From Trichormus sp. ATA11-4-KO1 (lineage in GTDB: Bacteria; Cyanobacteriota; Cyanobacteriia; Cyanobacteriales; Nostocaceae), in assembly GCA_019358915.1 (NCBI GenBank), contig JAHHIM010000001.1, positions 224,001 through 288,000 of the forward strand: a stretch of DNA of 64,000 bases, read 5' to 3'. A program made the translations under genes and the position numbers. A model generated the notes under the pieces. That model did not search any database. It saw only the letters and a program-made list of their open reading frames with translations, and was not told the origin of the DNA. Within the stretch, counting starts at the first letter, position 1, and each line of letters opens with the position of its first letter. Shown piece by piece: positions 50,136 through 60,636 of this stretch.

Positions 50136-52613
50136 ATGTCAGACGATAATTTTACCGCTACTGTAACTCAAGAATCTCTCGACTCACAATTATCTCAGCG
50201 ATCGCCTATTAGTTCTCTACGGGAGAAGAGTTTAAAAATTCGCAATAGTCTCCGCCAAGGACAACAGCAAATGGCTGACTGGGAATCTGGGCCACTAGCT
50301 GTTTCTGCGGTTCCTGGGGCTGGTAAATCTACAGGAATGGCGGCGGCGGCGGCGATCGCGATCGCCCGTCAGTACGAGATTCCCATTGAGTTACGCCCGT
50401 CTTCTCGACGTCAAATTGTAGTTGTCACCTTTACTCGTTCAGCAGCTGCCAATATTAAAGCCAAGATTCGCAAATACTTACGAGAAGATTTATCTCTACC
50501 TCAAACGGGGTTTGCTGTCTATACTCTGCATGGTCTAGCTTTGAACATTGCTAGCCGTCATCCTGAGTTATCGGGTTTACAGTTAGAAAATGTCACATTA
50601 ATTACACCAAGCCAAAGCCACCGCTTCATTCGCACAGCAGTAGAACAATGGATTAATCACAATCCAGGAGATTACTTACGGTTGCTAGAAGGTCATCAAT
50701 TTGATGGAGAAGAGACAGAACGGTTACGTCGTCAATCAGTACTCAGAACAGAAGTGTTACCAGATTTGGCTATCAGTGTGATCCATGAAGCCAAAAGTTC
50801 TGGGATATTGCCAGAAAAACTGCGGGAGTGGAGTCAACAAACCACAGACGAATATGCAATTTTGCGGGTAGCGGCGGGGCTGTACGAACAATATCAAAAT
50901 TTAATGCGATCGCGTGACTTTATCGACTACGACGATATGATTTTAGCTGCCCTGCGTGTCCTCGAAAATGACAGCGCCCGTCGCCTCGAGCAAAACCAAG
51001 TTTTCGCCGTCTTTGAAGACGAAGCCCAAGATTCTAGCCCTTTACAAACACGGTTGTTAGAGATTTTGGCAAGTGATGAAGGAGATGAGGGGGACAAAGG
51101 GACAAGGGGACAAGAAAAATTAAAGCCAAACTTTCTCCCTATCCCCCTATCTCCCCACTCCCCTCACTCAGCACTCAGCACTCAGCACTCAGCACTCAAT
51201 TTAGTCCGAGTTGGTGACCCTAACCAAGCAATTAACTCGACGTTTACGCCAGCTGATCCGATTTATTTTCGGCAATTTTGTGAGGAGTGCGATCGCGTTG
51301 GTAAACTGGCAACAATGGATCAAGCTGGCCGCAGTACGCGCATTATTATTGCAGCTGCTAACTTTGCCCTGGAATGGGTGAATAGCTGTTATCAAGCCAA
51401 AAATCAACAATCTCCCGCATCTCCCTTTCGTCCTCAGAAAATTCGCCCTGTTGATAGTGATGACCCACAAACAAATGCTAACCCAGCACCAGTAGGACGA
51501 GGGCTAGAACTGTATACACCACGAGATATTCATCATACAGTTGAGTTAATTTCCCAAAGAGTGATTGAGTTATTTGCTCAAGATCCAACAAAAATTAATG
51601 CAGCGATTTTAGTGCGGGAAAATCGCCAAGGAAGATGGCTAGCAGAGGCTCTTGCACCTATATGTAAAGAGCATAAAATTACACTTTATGATGTAGGAGA
51701 AAGTGATCGCCGTTCTCATATTCCCCAAGAAATTTTGGCATTACTGCAATTTTGCGATCGCCCCCATTCCCCTGATTACCTCAAAGCTTCTTTAGAAGTA
51801 CTGGTACAGCGTCAATTAATTCCCACCCAAGACCTCAACGCCCTCGCTAGTCTACCAGAAGAATTTTTATATCCCGGCCCTCTAGCCCCACCTCAACTAG
51901 AGCCAGTGCAAAAAGCCGCTCACTTATGTCGCAGTTTACTCCGCGCTCGGTTGGAACTGCCTTTATATCAGCTAATTTCCTTTCTAGCTTTAACGTTAAA
52001 TTATGACAAAGGCGAACTAGCAACTGCGGATAAACTCGCAGAACGAGTTAATCAGCAAATAGCTGGTAATAGTTCCATGGGAGCGATGCTATCAGCTTTA
52101 AGTGATATCGTCAGTTCCGAACGGTTTGAACCTGTAGAAGCAGAGGATGCAGAAGCGGAAGAACGTTACACCCGTCGTGGACAACTGACCATTATCACCA
52201 TGCACAAAGCCAAAGGTCTAGACTGGGATTATGTTTTTCTACCCTTTTTACACGAAAATTTGATTCCCGGACGGTTTTGGGTTCCTCCCAAAAGCCAGTT
52301 TTTAGGTGACTTTACCTTATCAGAAGTAGCTCGCGCCCAAATTCGGGCTGCTCTCCACGGTGAATCTGATATACCCAATGTCACTCAAGCATGGGAACAG
52401 GCAAAAAATTTAAAAACGTCTGAAGAGTATCGTTTACTTTACGTAGCCATGACACGGGCAAAGCGCTTATTATGGATGTCTGCGTCCCAAAAAGCACCCT
52501 TTACGTGGAGTAAACCAGAGAATTTACAAGAACAAGCGCCTTGTCCAGTGTTTCCGGCATTAAAACGCCAGTTTCCTAAATGTGTTGTTACTATGACAAC
52601 ATCTCCTCAATAA
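50136..52613 (+). CDS. UvrD/REP-like SF1 ATP-dependent helicase with a repeat-derived insertion
   Basis: AVPGAGKS, VTFTRSAA, DEAQD, VGDPNQAI, TMHKAKGLDWD and RLLYVAMTRAK. Confidence 0.92.
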   Translation: MSDDNFTATVTQESLDSQLSQRSPISSLREKSLKIRNSLRQGQQQMADWESGPLAVSAVPGAGKSTGMAAAAAIAIARQYEIPIELRPSSRRQIVVVTFTRSAAANIKAKIRKYLREDLSLPQTGFAVYTLHGLALNIASRHPELSGLQLENVTLITPSQSHRFIRTAVEQWINHNPGDYLRLLEGHQFDGEETERLRRQSVLRTEVLPDLAISVIHEAKSSGILPEKLREWSQQTTDEYAILRVAAGLYEQYQNLMRSRDFIDYDDMILAALRVLENDSARRLEQNQVFAVFEDEAQDSSPLQTRLLEILASDEGDEGDKGTRGQEKLKPNFLPIPLSPHSPHSALSTQHSALNLVRVGDPNQAINSTFTPADPIYFRQFCEECDRVGKLATMDQAGRSTRIIIAAANFALEWVNSCYQAKNQQSPASPFRPQKIRPVDSDDPQTNANPAPVGRGLELYTPRDIHHTVELISQRVIELFAQDPTKINAAILVRENRQGRWLAEALAPICKEHKITLYDVGESDRRSHIPQEILALLQFCDRPHSPDYLKASLEVLVQRQLIPTQDLNALASLPEEFLYPGPLAPPQLEPVQKAAHLCRSLLRARLELPLYQLISFLALTLNYDKGELATADKLAERVNQQIAGNSSMGAMLSALSDIVSSERFEPVEAEDAEAEERYTRRGQLTIITMHKAKGLDWDYVFLPFLHENLIPGRFWVPPKSQFLGDFTLSEVARAQIRAALHGESDIPNVTQAWEQAKNLKTSEEYRLLYVAMTRAKRLLWMSASQKAPFTWSKPENLQEQAPCPVFPALKRQFPKCVVTMTTSPQ

Positions 52614-52637
52614 TTTGCGGCGTTGCATACAGAACAT

Positions 52638-52748
52638 GGCGTTGCTGAATCAGAATATGAAATGCTAAAATCACCCTGATTTTTCTTTGTACCTTTGCGC
52701 CTTTGCGCCTTTGCGCGAGATAAATTCATATTTTCAATCAGCAACGCC
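52638..52748. mobile_element. MITE with GGCGTTGCTGA TIR and 8-bp target-site duplication
   Basis: GGCGTTGCTGA...TCAGCAACGCC, flanked by CAGAACAT on both sides (52630-52637 and 52749-52756). Confidence 0.85.
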
Positions 52749-52764
52749 CAGAACATTAATCAAG

Positions 52765-53631
52765 TCAATCCGCAGATTTAATATTTTGGATCAGTCCTTG
52801 CACCTCATCAAGATGATTTAGTGTCATGATTCCACGCTGAATGACCTTCAATTTCTCTAAATCAGCAATTTCCGTAATTTCTGGCATTAATTGTAATCCC
52901 TCTGTGCCAAATCTGACTTCTAAACTCATCTCAATGCTGGAGATTCTATCCTCTAGCCGTCCTCGTTGTTTGCCTTCTTTTAAAATTTGTTGATACCAAG
53001 GAGACTCATGTAACACCGCCATATCCCACCTCATAATTTGTTGAACTAAAGCGCTGTCTATAACAAAGGTAGCAAAAAAGGCTAATACGGTTTCTAATTG
53101 GCTTAATTGTTCGTCAGCGCGAAGTATTTGTAATGCTTGCTGTATTGTAGATTCATCATCTCCTCCTTTAAGTATTGGCACAAAAGGAAGCAAAGATGGA
53201 ATTTATTGTTGAAAGGCTATTTGTGCATCTACTTCCCAAAGGTTGATCACCCGATAATCTTGACGAGCAATCAATCCTTCTATATTTGATTCATAACATG
53301 TTGGGATTTCGTTATTACTTGCCTTAAGCAGGTTAATTAATACAGGATAGGTGGATAATTTATACTTTTCCTCAGCCAAGGCGGCATATGCTCGCATTCG
53401 TACTGGCATTTCTGGTTTATAACGCAACTGTAGCTCATTCAGCACCAAAAATTTACCAGATTGAGGACTTTCGACACGGATTAGTACATCACTTTCTCTA
53501 CTAATCCATTGAAATTCAGAGTTAAGAATTTCCCTGACTACAATGTTGGGAATTTGTGTTACCCATCTTACCCATTTGTCGGGTGCGAGGCTGATTAGTC
53601 GTTTAGTGCTGACATCGGCGGGTTTGGTCAT
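52765..53631 (-). pseudogene. Rpn-family (recombination-promoting nuclease/putative transposase) gene with one in-frame stop
   Basis: The two ORF-track ORFs share a frame and read AFQQ*IPSLLPFVPILKGG; RESDVL...NELQLRY is a PD-(D/E)XK-like motif. Confidence 0.8.
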
Positions 53632-53814
53632 CTGGTAAATGCAACTTTGTGGCGTGTGCAATCTGGGACTAATTCTAATAGAACTGACGCACTCGTGAGG
53701 CAAAACATGACTTTGTAATTATTTTCTGGCGATCGCTATGTTTAAACCCCTGATTTCTATTACCATTCCAGCAAATAGTATATAATTATGGATTGTGTCG
53801 AATTAAAGCCAGCC

Positions 53815-54012
53815 ATGCCTAAACTCAAAACTCGTAAAGCAGCGGCCAAGCGATTCCGCGCCACCGGTAGCGGTAAAATCGTCCGTCGCAAAGCTTTCAA
53901 AAACCACCTTTTAGAACACAAGACTTCTAGCAAAAAGCGTAACTTGTCCAAAACTACATTGGTAAACGAACGCGATGAAGAAAATGTGCGTTTAATGCTT
54001 CCTTATTTGTAA
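53815..54012 (+). CDS. rpmI: 50S ribosomal protein L35
   Basis: [21 protein letters not shown]. Confidence 0.97.
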   Translation: MPKLKTRKAAAKRFRATGSGKIVRRKAFKNHLLEHKTSSKKRNLSKTTLVNERDEENVRLMLPYL

Positions 54013-54031
54013 GTTCTTCAGGAAATAAATT

Positions 54032-54388
54032 ATGACAAGAGTAAAACGCGGTAACGTAGCTCGTAAACGCCGCAATAAAATTCTCAAACTAGCTAAAGGT
54101 TTTCGCGGTTCCCACTCAACTTTGTTTAGAACCGCCAATCAACAAGTGATGAAGGCACTACGTAGTGCTTACCGCGATCGCAAAAAGAAAAAGCGCGATT
54201 TTCGTCGCCTGTGGATCACCCGCATTAATGCTGCTGCTAGACAACATGGTTTGAGCTACAGTCAGTTAATCGGCAATTTGAAAAAAGCTGATGTGCAACT
54301 AAATCGGAAAATGTTGGCGCAATTGGCTGTTCTCGATCCAGCTAGCTTCAGCAAAGTTGCTGAATTAGCAATTCAAGCTAAAGGATAA
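54032..54388 (+). CDS. rplT: 50S ribosomal protein L20
   Basis: MTRVKRG...[16 protein letters not shown]. Confidence 0.98.
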   Translation: MTRVKRGNVARKRRNKILKLAKGFRGSHSTLFRTANQQVMKALRSAYRDRKKKKRDFRRLWITRINAAARQHGLSYSQLIGNLKKADVQLNRKMLAQLAVLDPASFSKVAELAIQAKG

Positions 54389-54400
54389 AGGTGGTAACGG

Positions 54401-55216
54401 ATGAATAACCGATGTAACAGATGGCTCACAATTAATCCGTTACATCTGGTATTATCCGCTACCATTTTTGGGATTGTCTGGTTCTCAATTCTGGGGACAG
54501 GATACATTGTATCTGCCGCCCCAATGCCAGAAATTCAGAGGCGGGGTTATTTAAATATCGCTGTTAAAGATAACTTGCGTCCCTTGGGATTTAGAGATGA
54601 CAAAGGGATTTTACAAGGCTTAGAAATTGATATAGCCAAACGTTTGGCATTGGACTTGCTAGGCAAAGCAGATGCTGTCAAGTGTCAACCCGTAGCCAAC
54701 CGCGATCGCCTGTCTGTAGTCTTAAATAAAAAAGTTGATTTGGCTATTGCCAGGGTCACAGCCACCGCATCCCGTGCGCGTTTAGTAAGTTTTAGTGTAC
54801 CTTACTATTTTGATGGTGCTGTATTAGTGACAAAAAATCCTGATGTGCGTCAGCTAAGTGATTTAGCAAACCAGAAAATTGCCGTCATCAAAAACTCCAG
54901 CACAATTGCCCAAGTGCGATACTATGTGCCAAAAGCCGAGTTAGTGGGAGTAAAGTCTTATGAAGCAGCGCGATCGCTCACGGAAAGTGATACAGTAGTG
55001 GCCTTTGCCGCCGATGCTAGTGTTCTGAGTGGTTGGGTGCAACAATATCCCCAATATCGGCTATTACCAACCAAACTATCAACAGAACCCTTATCTGTAG
55101 TGATGCCCAAAGGATTGCAGTACGATCAGTTAAGACGACAAGTAAATGAAGCGATCGCGCGGTACACAGCAGAAGGTTGGCTCAAAGAACGAGTTAAATA
55201 TTGGGGCTTACCTTAA
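54401..55216 (+). CDS. Amino-acid ABC transporter substrate-binding protein (family 3)
   Basis: IQRRGYLNIAV...PLGF...GLEIDIA...VSFSVPY. Confidence 0.85.
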   Translation: MNNRCNRWLTINPLHLVLSATIFGIVWFSILGTGYIVSAAPMPEIQRRGYLNIAVKDNLRPLGFRDDKGILQGLEIDIAKRLALDLLGKADAVKCQPVANRDRLSVVLNKKVDLAIARVTATASRARLVSFSVPYYFDGAVLVTKNPDVRQLSDLANQKIAVIKNSSTIAQVRYYVPKAELVGVKSYEAARSLTESDTVVAFAADASVLSGWVQQYPQYRLLPTKLSTEPLSVVMPKGLQYDQLRRQVNEAIARYTAEGWLKERVKYWGLP

Positions 55217-55354
55217 ATGAGTGCTGAGTGCTGAGTGCGCTCGCCCTGAGCGAAGTCGAAGGGGAGTCCTGAGAAAGGGTTGTTAATCTTCCCCTGCTCC
55301 CCTGCTCCTCAGTACCCGATAATATATACAGAATAATATTTCTATTTGCAAGCA

Positions 55355-55879
55355 ATGGATAAAAATCTAGCTATTATTTATCTCTCAATTTTTGTGGGTT
55401 TACTGACATTTGCAGTTGTGAATGTTTTTCGGCAAATTTTCAAAACTCGCAAACGTGAAAGTGCCTTATCACGGTTACGTAAGAAGTTAGAAAAAGAAAA
55501 AGGGACGGCTCAAGAATATTACGAGTTAGCCGGGATATACTCAGAAAAAAAATTATTTTCTCAGGCGGTGGCGTTGTTTCAAAAAGCTATTAAAGCTGCT
55601 GAAGAAGAGGGAGAAGAAAATTGCGCCCCTATTTATAATGGACTCGGTTATGTTTACTTTGGTCAAGAGCAATATGACTTAGCAATTCGTCAATACAAAG
55701 AAGCTCTGAAACTTAAACCCGACTATGTAACAGCACTGAATAATCTTGGTCATGCTTACGAACGGAAAAAATTAACTGCTCAGGCGTTACAAATGTATGA
55801 AGAAGCACTTAAATTTTCTCCCAATAACCAAACTGCAAAACGTCGTGCTGAATCTTTGCGCCGCTTAGTTTCTGCATAA
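55355..55879 (+). CDS. ycf37: TPR protein, Ycf37-like (PSI assembly)
   Basis: N-terminal TM helix plus three TPRs (YNGLGYVYF, ALNNLGHAYE). Confidence 0.75.
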   Translation: MDKNLAIIYLSIFVGLLTFAVVNVFRQIFKTRKRESALSRLRKKLEKEKGTAQEYYELAGIYSEKKLFSQAVALFQKAIKAAEEEGEENCAPIYNGLGYVYFGQEQYDLAIRQYKEALKLKPDYVTALNNLGHAYERKKLTAQALQMYEEALKFSPNNQTAKRRAESLRRLVSA

Positions 55880-56009
55880 TTGCTCAGGGACTGACAAAGA
55901 AAAAATCTCTCAAATTTTCTTGTTTTATGGGTGTCCCTACCCATCAAATATTCAGCGCGGCAGTAGCATAAAGTAAAACTTGACTCCTAAAGTCTATTTC
56001 GTTAAAGCT

Positions 56010-56615
56010 ATGCCGTACAGTCAATTTACAACTATCACCAAGGTTAAAGAAGCCTTTAATCTTACGACAGTAGAGGGCGTAAGTTTTTTACCTGCGCTTG
56101 ACCCGATACCACCAAGTCCTACCTTAGCAGCCATTCTTGAAGAAAATCTCCCCCTGGCAGTGGCTACAGGTAGTGAAAAAGCTAGATCCGAGTTAATTAT
56201 TAGCCCAGTTCTAGTAGAAGTCAGACGGATTTTAAATCGTCAAATTAGTTTGTTTTCCGGGGAAGATTTCAATGTGGATGAATCTCTGGGACTGAACGGA
56301 CGTTGTGATTTCCTGATTAGTCGTTCCCCTGAGCTTTTAGCTGTGGAAGCACCTGCGGTGATCATTGTAGAGGCAAAACAAGCGGATCTCAAACCCGGTA
56401 TTGGTCAGTGTGTAGCAGAAATGGTAGCAGCACAGAAATTTAATGCACTCAGGGACAAACCTCTTACCTATATTTATGGGGTTATTAGTAATGGTATCCA
56501 GTGGCAATTTCTGCAACTAGATGCAACGACGGTGATGGTTGATTTAACAATTTATCCCCTGCCACCAGTAGAGCAGATATTAGGATTTTTAGTTTGGATG
56601 GTAAAGTATGAGTAA
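56010..56615 (+). CDS. Hypothetical PD-(D/E)XK-like protein (type I restriction enzyme HsdR N-terminal-like)
   Basis: SEKARSELIISPVL...GRCDFLIS...IVEAK...GQCVAEM...YGVISNG..WQF. Confidence 0.7.
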   Translation: MPYSQFTTITKVKEAFNLTTVEGVSFLPALDPIPPSPTLAAILEENLPLAVATGSEKARSELIISPVLVEVRRILNRQISLFSGEDFNVDESLGLNGRCDFLISRSPELLAVEAPAVIIVEAKQADLKPGIGQCVAEMVAAQKFNALRDKPLTYIYGVISNGIQWQFLQLDATTVMVDLTIYPLPPVEQILGFLVWMVKYE

Positions 56616-56933
56616 TTGCCTTAGTACAGCTTTGCCTAAATTCGTAGCGAATGGACTCAAACAAACTCTGCGCCCCTCTGCGTTTAAATTTAAACTCATC
56701 AACAAAAATTAATAAAAATATTTGTCAAATCATTAAGAGTTATTTAATTAAACAACATGAATATTGTTAAAAGCAGAGGCTAGACTCCATTCAGTCACTA
56801 GGTTTGAGCTATTAATTACCAACCCAATCAGCAAAAAGTCCTATTTCTTCCTCACTCCAAGTTTTGAGACAATCAGAAGCGATTTAATAATCACGCACTC
56901 ATAGTTATTTGAGTTGAAAAGGGAGAACCAGTC

Positions 56934-58460
56934 ATGAAATTGGCTTACTGGATGTATGCAGGGCCAGCCCACATCGGCACATTGCGGATTGCTAGTTCGT
57001 TTAAAAACGTCCATGCGATTATGCACGCCCCACTAGGCGATGACTACTTTAATGTCATGCGCTCCATGCTATCGCGGGAGAGAAACTTTACCCCAGTAAC
57101 CACCAGTGTTGTTGACCGCAACGTTTTAGCGCGGGGTTCTCAAGAAAAGGTGGTAGATAACATCACCCGCAAAGATGCCGAAGAACACCCGGATTTGATT
57201 GTGTTGACTCCTACCTGCACCTCTAGCATTTTGCAAGAAGATTTACACAACTTTGTCGAACGGGCGCAGCTGGAAGCAAAAGGTGACGTGATGCTAGCGG
57301 ATGTGAACCACTATCGCTTCAACGAACTGCAAGCAGCCGATCGCACTCTGCATCAAATAGTTCAATACTACATCGAGAAAGCCCGTAAAAAAGGCGAACT
57401 ACCAGAAGGCAAAACCGCAAAGCCTTCTGTTAACATCATCGGTAATTCTACTCTTGGTTTCCACAACCAGCACGATTGCACTGAACTCAAGCGGCTGATG
57501 GCTGACTTAGGAATTGAGATAAATACTATCATTCCCGAAGGTGCTACGGTACATGATTTGAAGAAACTGCCCCAAGCTTGGTTTAATCTAGTTCCTTACC
57601 GTGAACTTGGCTTAGCGACTGCTAGTTACTTAGAAGAACAATTCGGTACGCCTTATGTAGACATTACGCCGATGGGTGTTGTAGAAACTGCTCGATGTAT
57701 TCGCAAGATTCAGCAGGTAATTAACGCCCAAGGTGCTGAAGTTGACTACGAAGACTTCATCAACGAGCAAACTTTGCATGTATCTCAAGCTGCTTGGTTC
57801 TCTCGTTCCATAGACTGTCAAAACTTGACTGGTAAAAAAGCTGTAGTATTTGGTGATAACACCCACGCCGCCGCCATCACCAAGATTCTGGCAAGAGAAA
57901 TGGGGATTCATGTTGTTTGGGCTGGAACCTACTGTAAATATGATGCTGACTGGTTCCGGGAACAAGTTAGTGAATACTGCGATGAAGTACTGATTACCGA
58001 CGATCACGGGGAAATTGGCGATGCGATCGCTCGCGTCGAACCCTCCGCCATATTCGGTACTCAGATGGAACGCCACGTTGGTAAACGCCTGGATATTCCT
58101 TGCGGTGTAATTGCTTCACCCATTCACGTGCAAAACTTCCCCATCGGTTACAAGCCATTTTTGGGTTACGAAGGTACAAATCAGATTACAGATTTGATCT
58201 ATAATTCCTTTACCTTGGGAATGGAAGATCACTTATTAGAAATATTTGGTGGTCACGATACTAAAGAAGTAATTACTAAAGGAATTTCTGCGGAATCTGA
58301 CCTCAACTGGACAAAAGATGGTCAAGCAGAATTAAACAAAATTCCTGGATTTGTTCGGGGTAAAGTGAAGCGCAACACCGAAAAATTTGCTCGTGAGCGG
58401 GGTATTAAAGAGATTAACGCTGAAGTCCTTTACGCTGCTAAGGAAGCTGTGGGCGCTTAG
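56934..58460 (+). CDS. chlB: Light-independent protochlorophyllide reductase subunit B
   Basis: [23 protein letters not shown] and C-terminal [15 protein letters not shown]. Confidence 0.98.
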   Translation: MKLAYWMYAGPAHIGTLRIASSFKNVHAIMHAPLGDDYFNVMRSMLSRERNFTPVTTSVVDRNVLARGSQEKVVDNITRKDAEEHPDLIVLTPTCTSSILQEDLHNFVERAQLEAKGDVMLADVNHYRFNELQAADRTLHQIVQYYIEKARKKGELPEGKTAKPSVNIIGNSTLGFHNQHDCTELKRLMADLGIEINTIIPEGATVHDLKKLPQAWFNLVPYRELGLATASYLEEQFGTPYVDITPMGVVETARCIRKIQQVINAQGAEVDYEDFINEQTLHVSQAAWFSRSIDCQNLTGKKAVVFGDNTHAAAITKILAREMGIHVVWAGTYCKYDADWFREQVSEYCDEVLITDDHGEIGDAIARVEPSAIFGTQMERHVGKRLDIPCGVIASPIHVQNFPIGYKPFLGYEGTNQITDLIYNSFTLGMEDHLLEIFGGHDTKEVITKGISAESDLNWTKDGQAELNKIPGFVRGKVKRNTEKFARERGIKEINAEVLYAAKEAVGA

Positions 58461-58506
58461 TAAAAATCTTTTTTAACTCCTTCTACGGCTATTAAAATAT
58501 CATGGA

Positions 58507-58549
58507 CTCCAGTAAACTATGCTAACCCTTACTACATAGTTTACTGGAG
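58507..58549. terminator. Perfect 15-bp stem-loop downstream of chlB
   Basis: CTCCAGTAAACTATG-N13-CATAGTTTACTGGAG. Confidence 0.7.
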
Positions 58550-58718
58550 GCTTTATGCTGTTTTGGCATTACTAAATTTATTCATAAATTTGCATGAGAC
58601 AAAATAACGAAGTGGCGTTTGAGCACAACGAAACCCAACATTCATCAATTCATGATCAATTTGAGCGATCGCTCGAAGCATATTTTCCCCAAGCTATGCA
58701 ATTCTTTTTTGGGAAGAG

Positions 58719-58991
58719 TTGAAACAATTTGAGCAGGAGCGCACTATGAGATACGTAACTACAGGTGAACGCATCGGCTACGAGCGCGGGATACAAGAAG
58801 GAGAGCAACAAGGTGAACAACGGCTTATTTTAAGATTATTACAAAGACGAGTAGGGAAATTATCACCAGAACTACAAGAGCGCATCCAATCTCTTTCTTT
58901 AAATCAATTAGAAAGTTTGGGCGAAGCTTTGTTAGATTTTACTTCTGTGGAGGATTTACTTAACTGGTTGCAAACCAATCAATCAGCTTAA
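58719..58991 (+). pseudogene. DUF4351 C-terminal remnant (Rpn-like gene fragment)
   Basis: MRYVTTGERIG...LILRLLQRRVG...IQSLSLNQLESLGEALLDF...LLNWL; no nuclease domain upstream. Confidence 0.7.
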
Positions 58992-59100
58992 AATCTATAT
59001 TTTGGTGTTGCACAAATGTGGGATGAGTTTGATCTTACTCAGTGCTGAGTGTCTTTCTAAGCACTCAGCACTCAGCACTCTTCATTCTTGCAAAGCAGTG

Positions 59101-60222
59101 TTAACCCCCAAAACCAGGAATTAGACGTTTCAAGGCGCGACCGACAACATCGCCATAGCGCAGTTCGCCGCACAGGATTTTACCCATGATTTGAGCGCCG
59201 GAAGGGCGCTTCACTCCCACTTTATAGCCAATACCAGGAAAGCGATAGAATGCACCAGCTAGTTTTTGCGCCCAAGCCATATCACTACCCCATTGTTCGT
59301 TGATGGCTTCGCTGTATTGTTCTAAAGCATTGATATTACCAGCCAGCGCTTGATCAATTGCATTCGCCGCTAGCAAGCCACTAAAAATCGATGGGCGAAT
59401 GCCTTCTGCTGTCATAGGGTCAACAACACAAGCAGCTTCCCCAGCTAAAATAGCGTTTTGGGTATGTAGCTTTTGATTGCCATCCCACAGACACAGGGGA
59501 TGACCGTATTGCTTGCTAACTTTGACATCTACATTAAAAGATTGGGCGTACTGATCCAAAATCTTTTTAAAATCTTGGGGTTCACCACCAATGAACGTAC
59601 CTACACCGATTGAATAACCATCAGCCTTAGGGAAGTTCCAGATGTAGCCGTTTTTCACTAAACCAAATTCAAAATGAATAGTGGATTTGTCTACCACGTT
59701 AGCGGGAATTTCTGCCTCTAAAGCTCCTGCTAAACGGCGTTTGCGTTCTTTGAAGCCTAGCCATTTGGCCATTGGCCCCTTAGCACCGTCGGCAGCAATT
59801 AAGTAACGACCTGTAACGGGGCCATTAGCTGTGTTTACTTGCCAATAGTCACTTTTAAACTCAATGCCTGTAACTTCTGTATGATCGCGTAGTTCGGCTC
59901 CTTGTTTCTGGGCTTGCTGCACCAAGAAATGGTCAAAAACATCTCGTCGCACCATCCAAACTGGTTCCTTGGTGGCAATTTTTGCTTCTATGGGGTCGCC
60001 CAATTTCCAGGTGAAGCGAAGGGAATCTGCCTTAACGGAAATTGCTGGGCTAAAGTCAAAGTCAAACCATTGGGCGATCGCTGGCGATACACCACCGCCA
60101 CAGGGTTTATATCTTGGCAGGGATTCTTTTTCTAGAACTAATACAGAGTGACCTTTTTTGGCTAAATGATATGCTGCTGTGCCACCAGCTGGCCCAGCAC
60201 CGACGATGATGGTGTCGTACAT
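59101..60222 (-). CDS. Geranylgeranyl reductase-family FAD-dependent oxidoreductase
   Basis: GAGPAG, PRYKPCGGG, IAADGA, GYIWNFP and GEAACVVDPMTAEGI. Confidence 0.9.
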   Translation of the reverse strand: MYDTIIVGAGPAGGTAAYHLAKKGHSVLVLEKESLPRYKPCGGGVSPAIAQWFDFDFSPAISVKADSLRFTWKLGDPIEAKIATKEPVWMVRRDVFDHFLVQQAQKQGAELRDHTEVTGIEFKSDYWQVNTANGPVTGRYLIAADGAKGPMAKWLGFKERKRRLAGALEAEIPANVVDKSTIHFEFGLVKNGYIWNFPKADGYSIGVGTFIGGEPQDFKKILDQYAQSFNVDVKVSKQYGHPLCLWDGNQKLHTQNAILAGEAACVVDPMTAEGIRPSIFSGLLAANAIDQALAGNINALEQYSEAINEQWGSDMAWAQKLAGAFYRFPGIGYKVGVKRPSGAQIMGKILCGELRYGDVVGRALKRLIPGFGG

Positions 60223-60559
60223 AATGGCTGAATTTTTGCTCCTGAATTAGTTGATTGTCCAATATATCTTTGTAATCTATATAGAAACAATCTGACCAGA
60301 CTGTAACTGATTTTCAGAGGATAGTGCTGATTCTCAGTCTAATTTTTGTAGAAGGTAATTCTTTAATTGCGCCTACAGCAAGGGGTTGAAATTGGATGTG
60401 ATGATTCTTTAAATGAGAAAGTGTGATTTATCGCATTAAGATTATTAATTGCATTTAACCGCCACTAAAATACAATTTATCAGTTCAAATAATTGCAAAT
60501 TTTTAACTAATTATTGAGGAACTTTATAAATTTTTAGTAAATATTTTTCGCTATAAAAT

Positions 60560-60600
60560 ATAAAGGCTAAAGAATAATGTATAAATTCTTCAGCCTTTAT
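60560..60600 (-). terminator. Hairpin downstream of frr
   Basis: ATAAAGGCT-AAGAAT...ATTCTT-AGCCTTTAT. Confidence 0.65.
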
Positions 60601-60636
60601 AATAGTTGATATTACCCTACCCCACAAGAACCTTTC

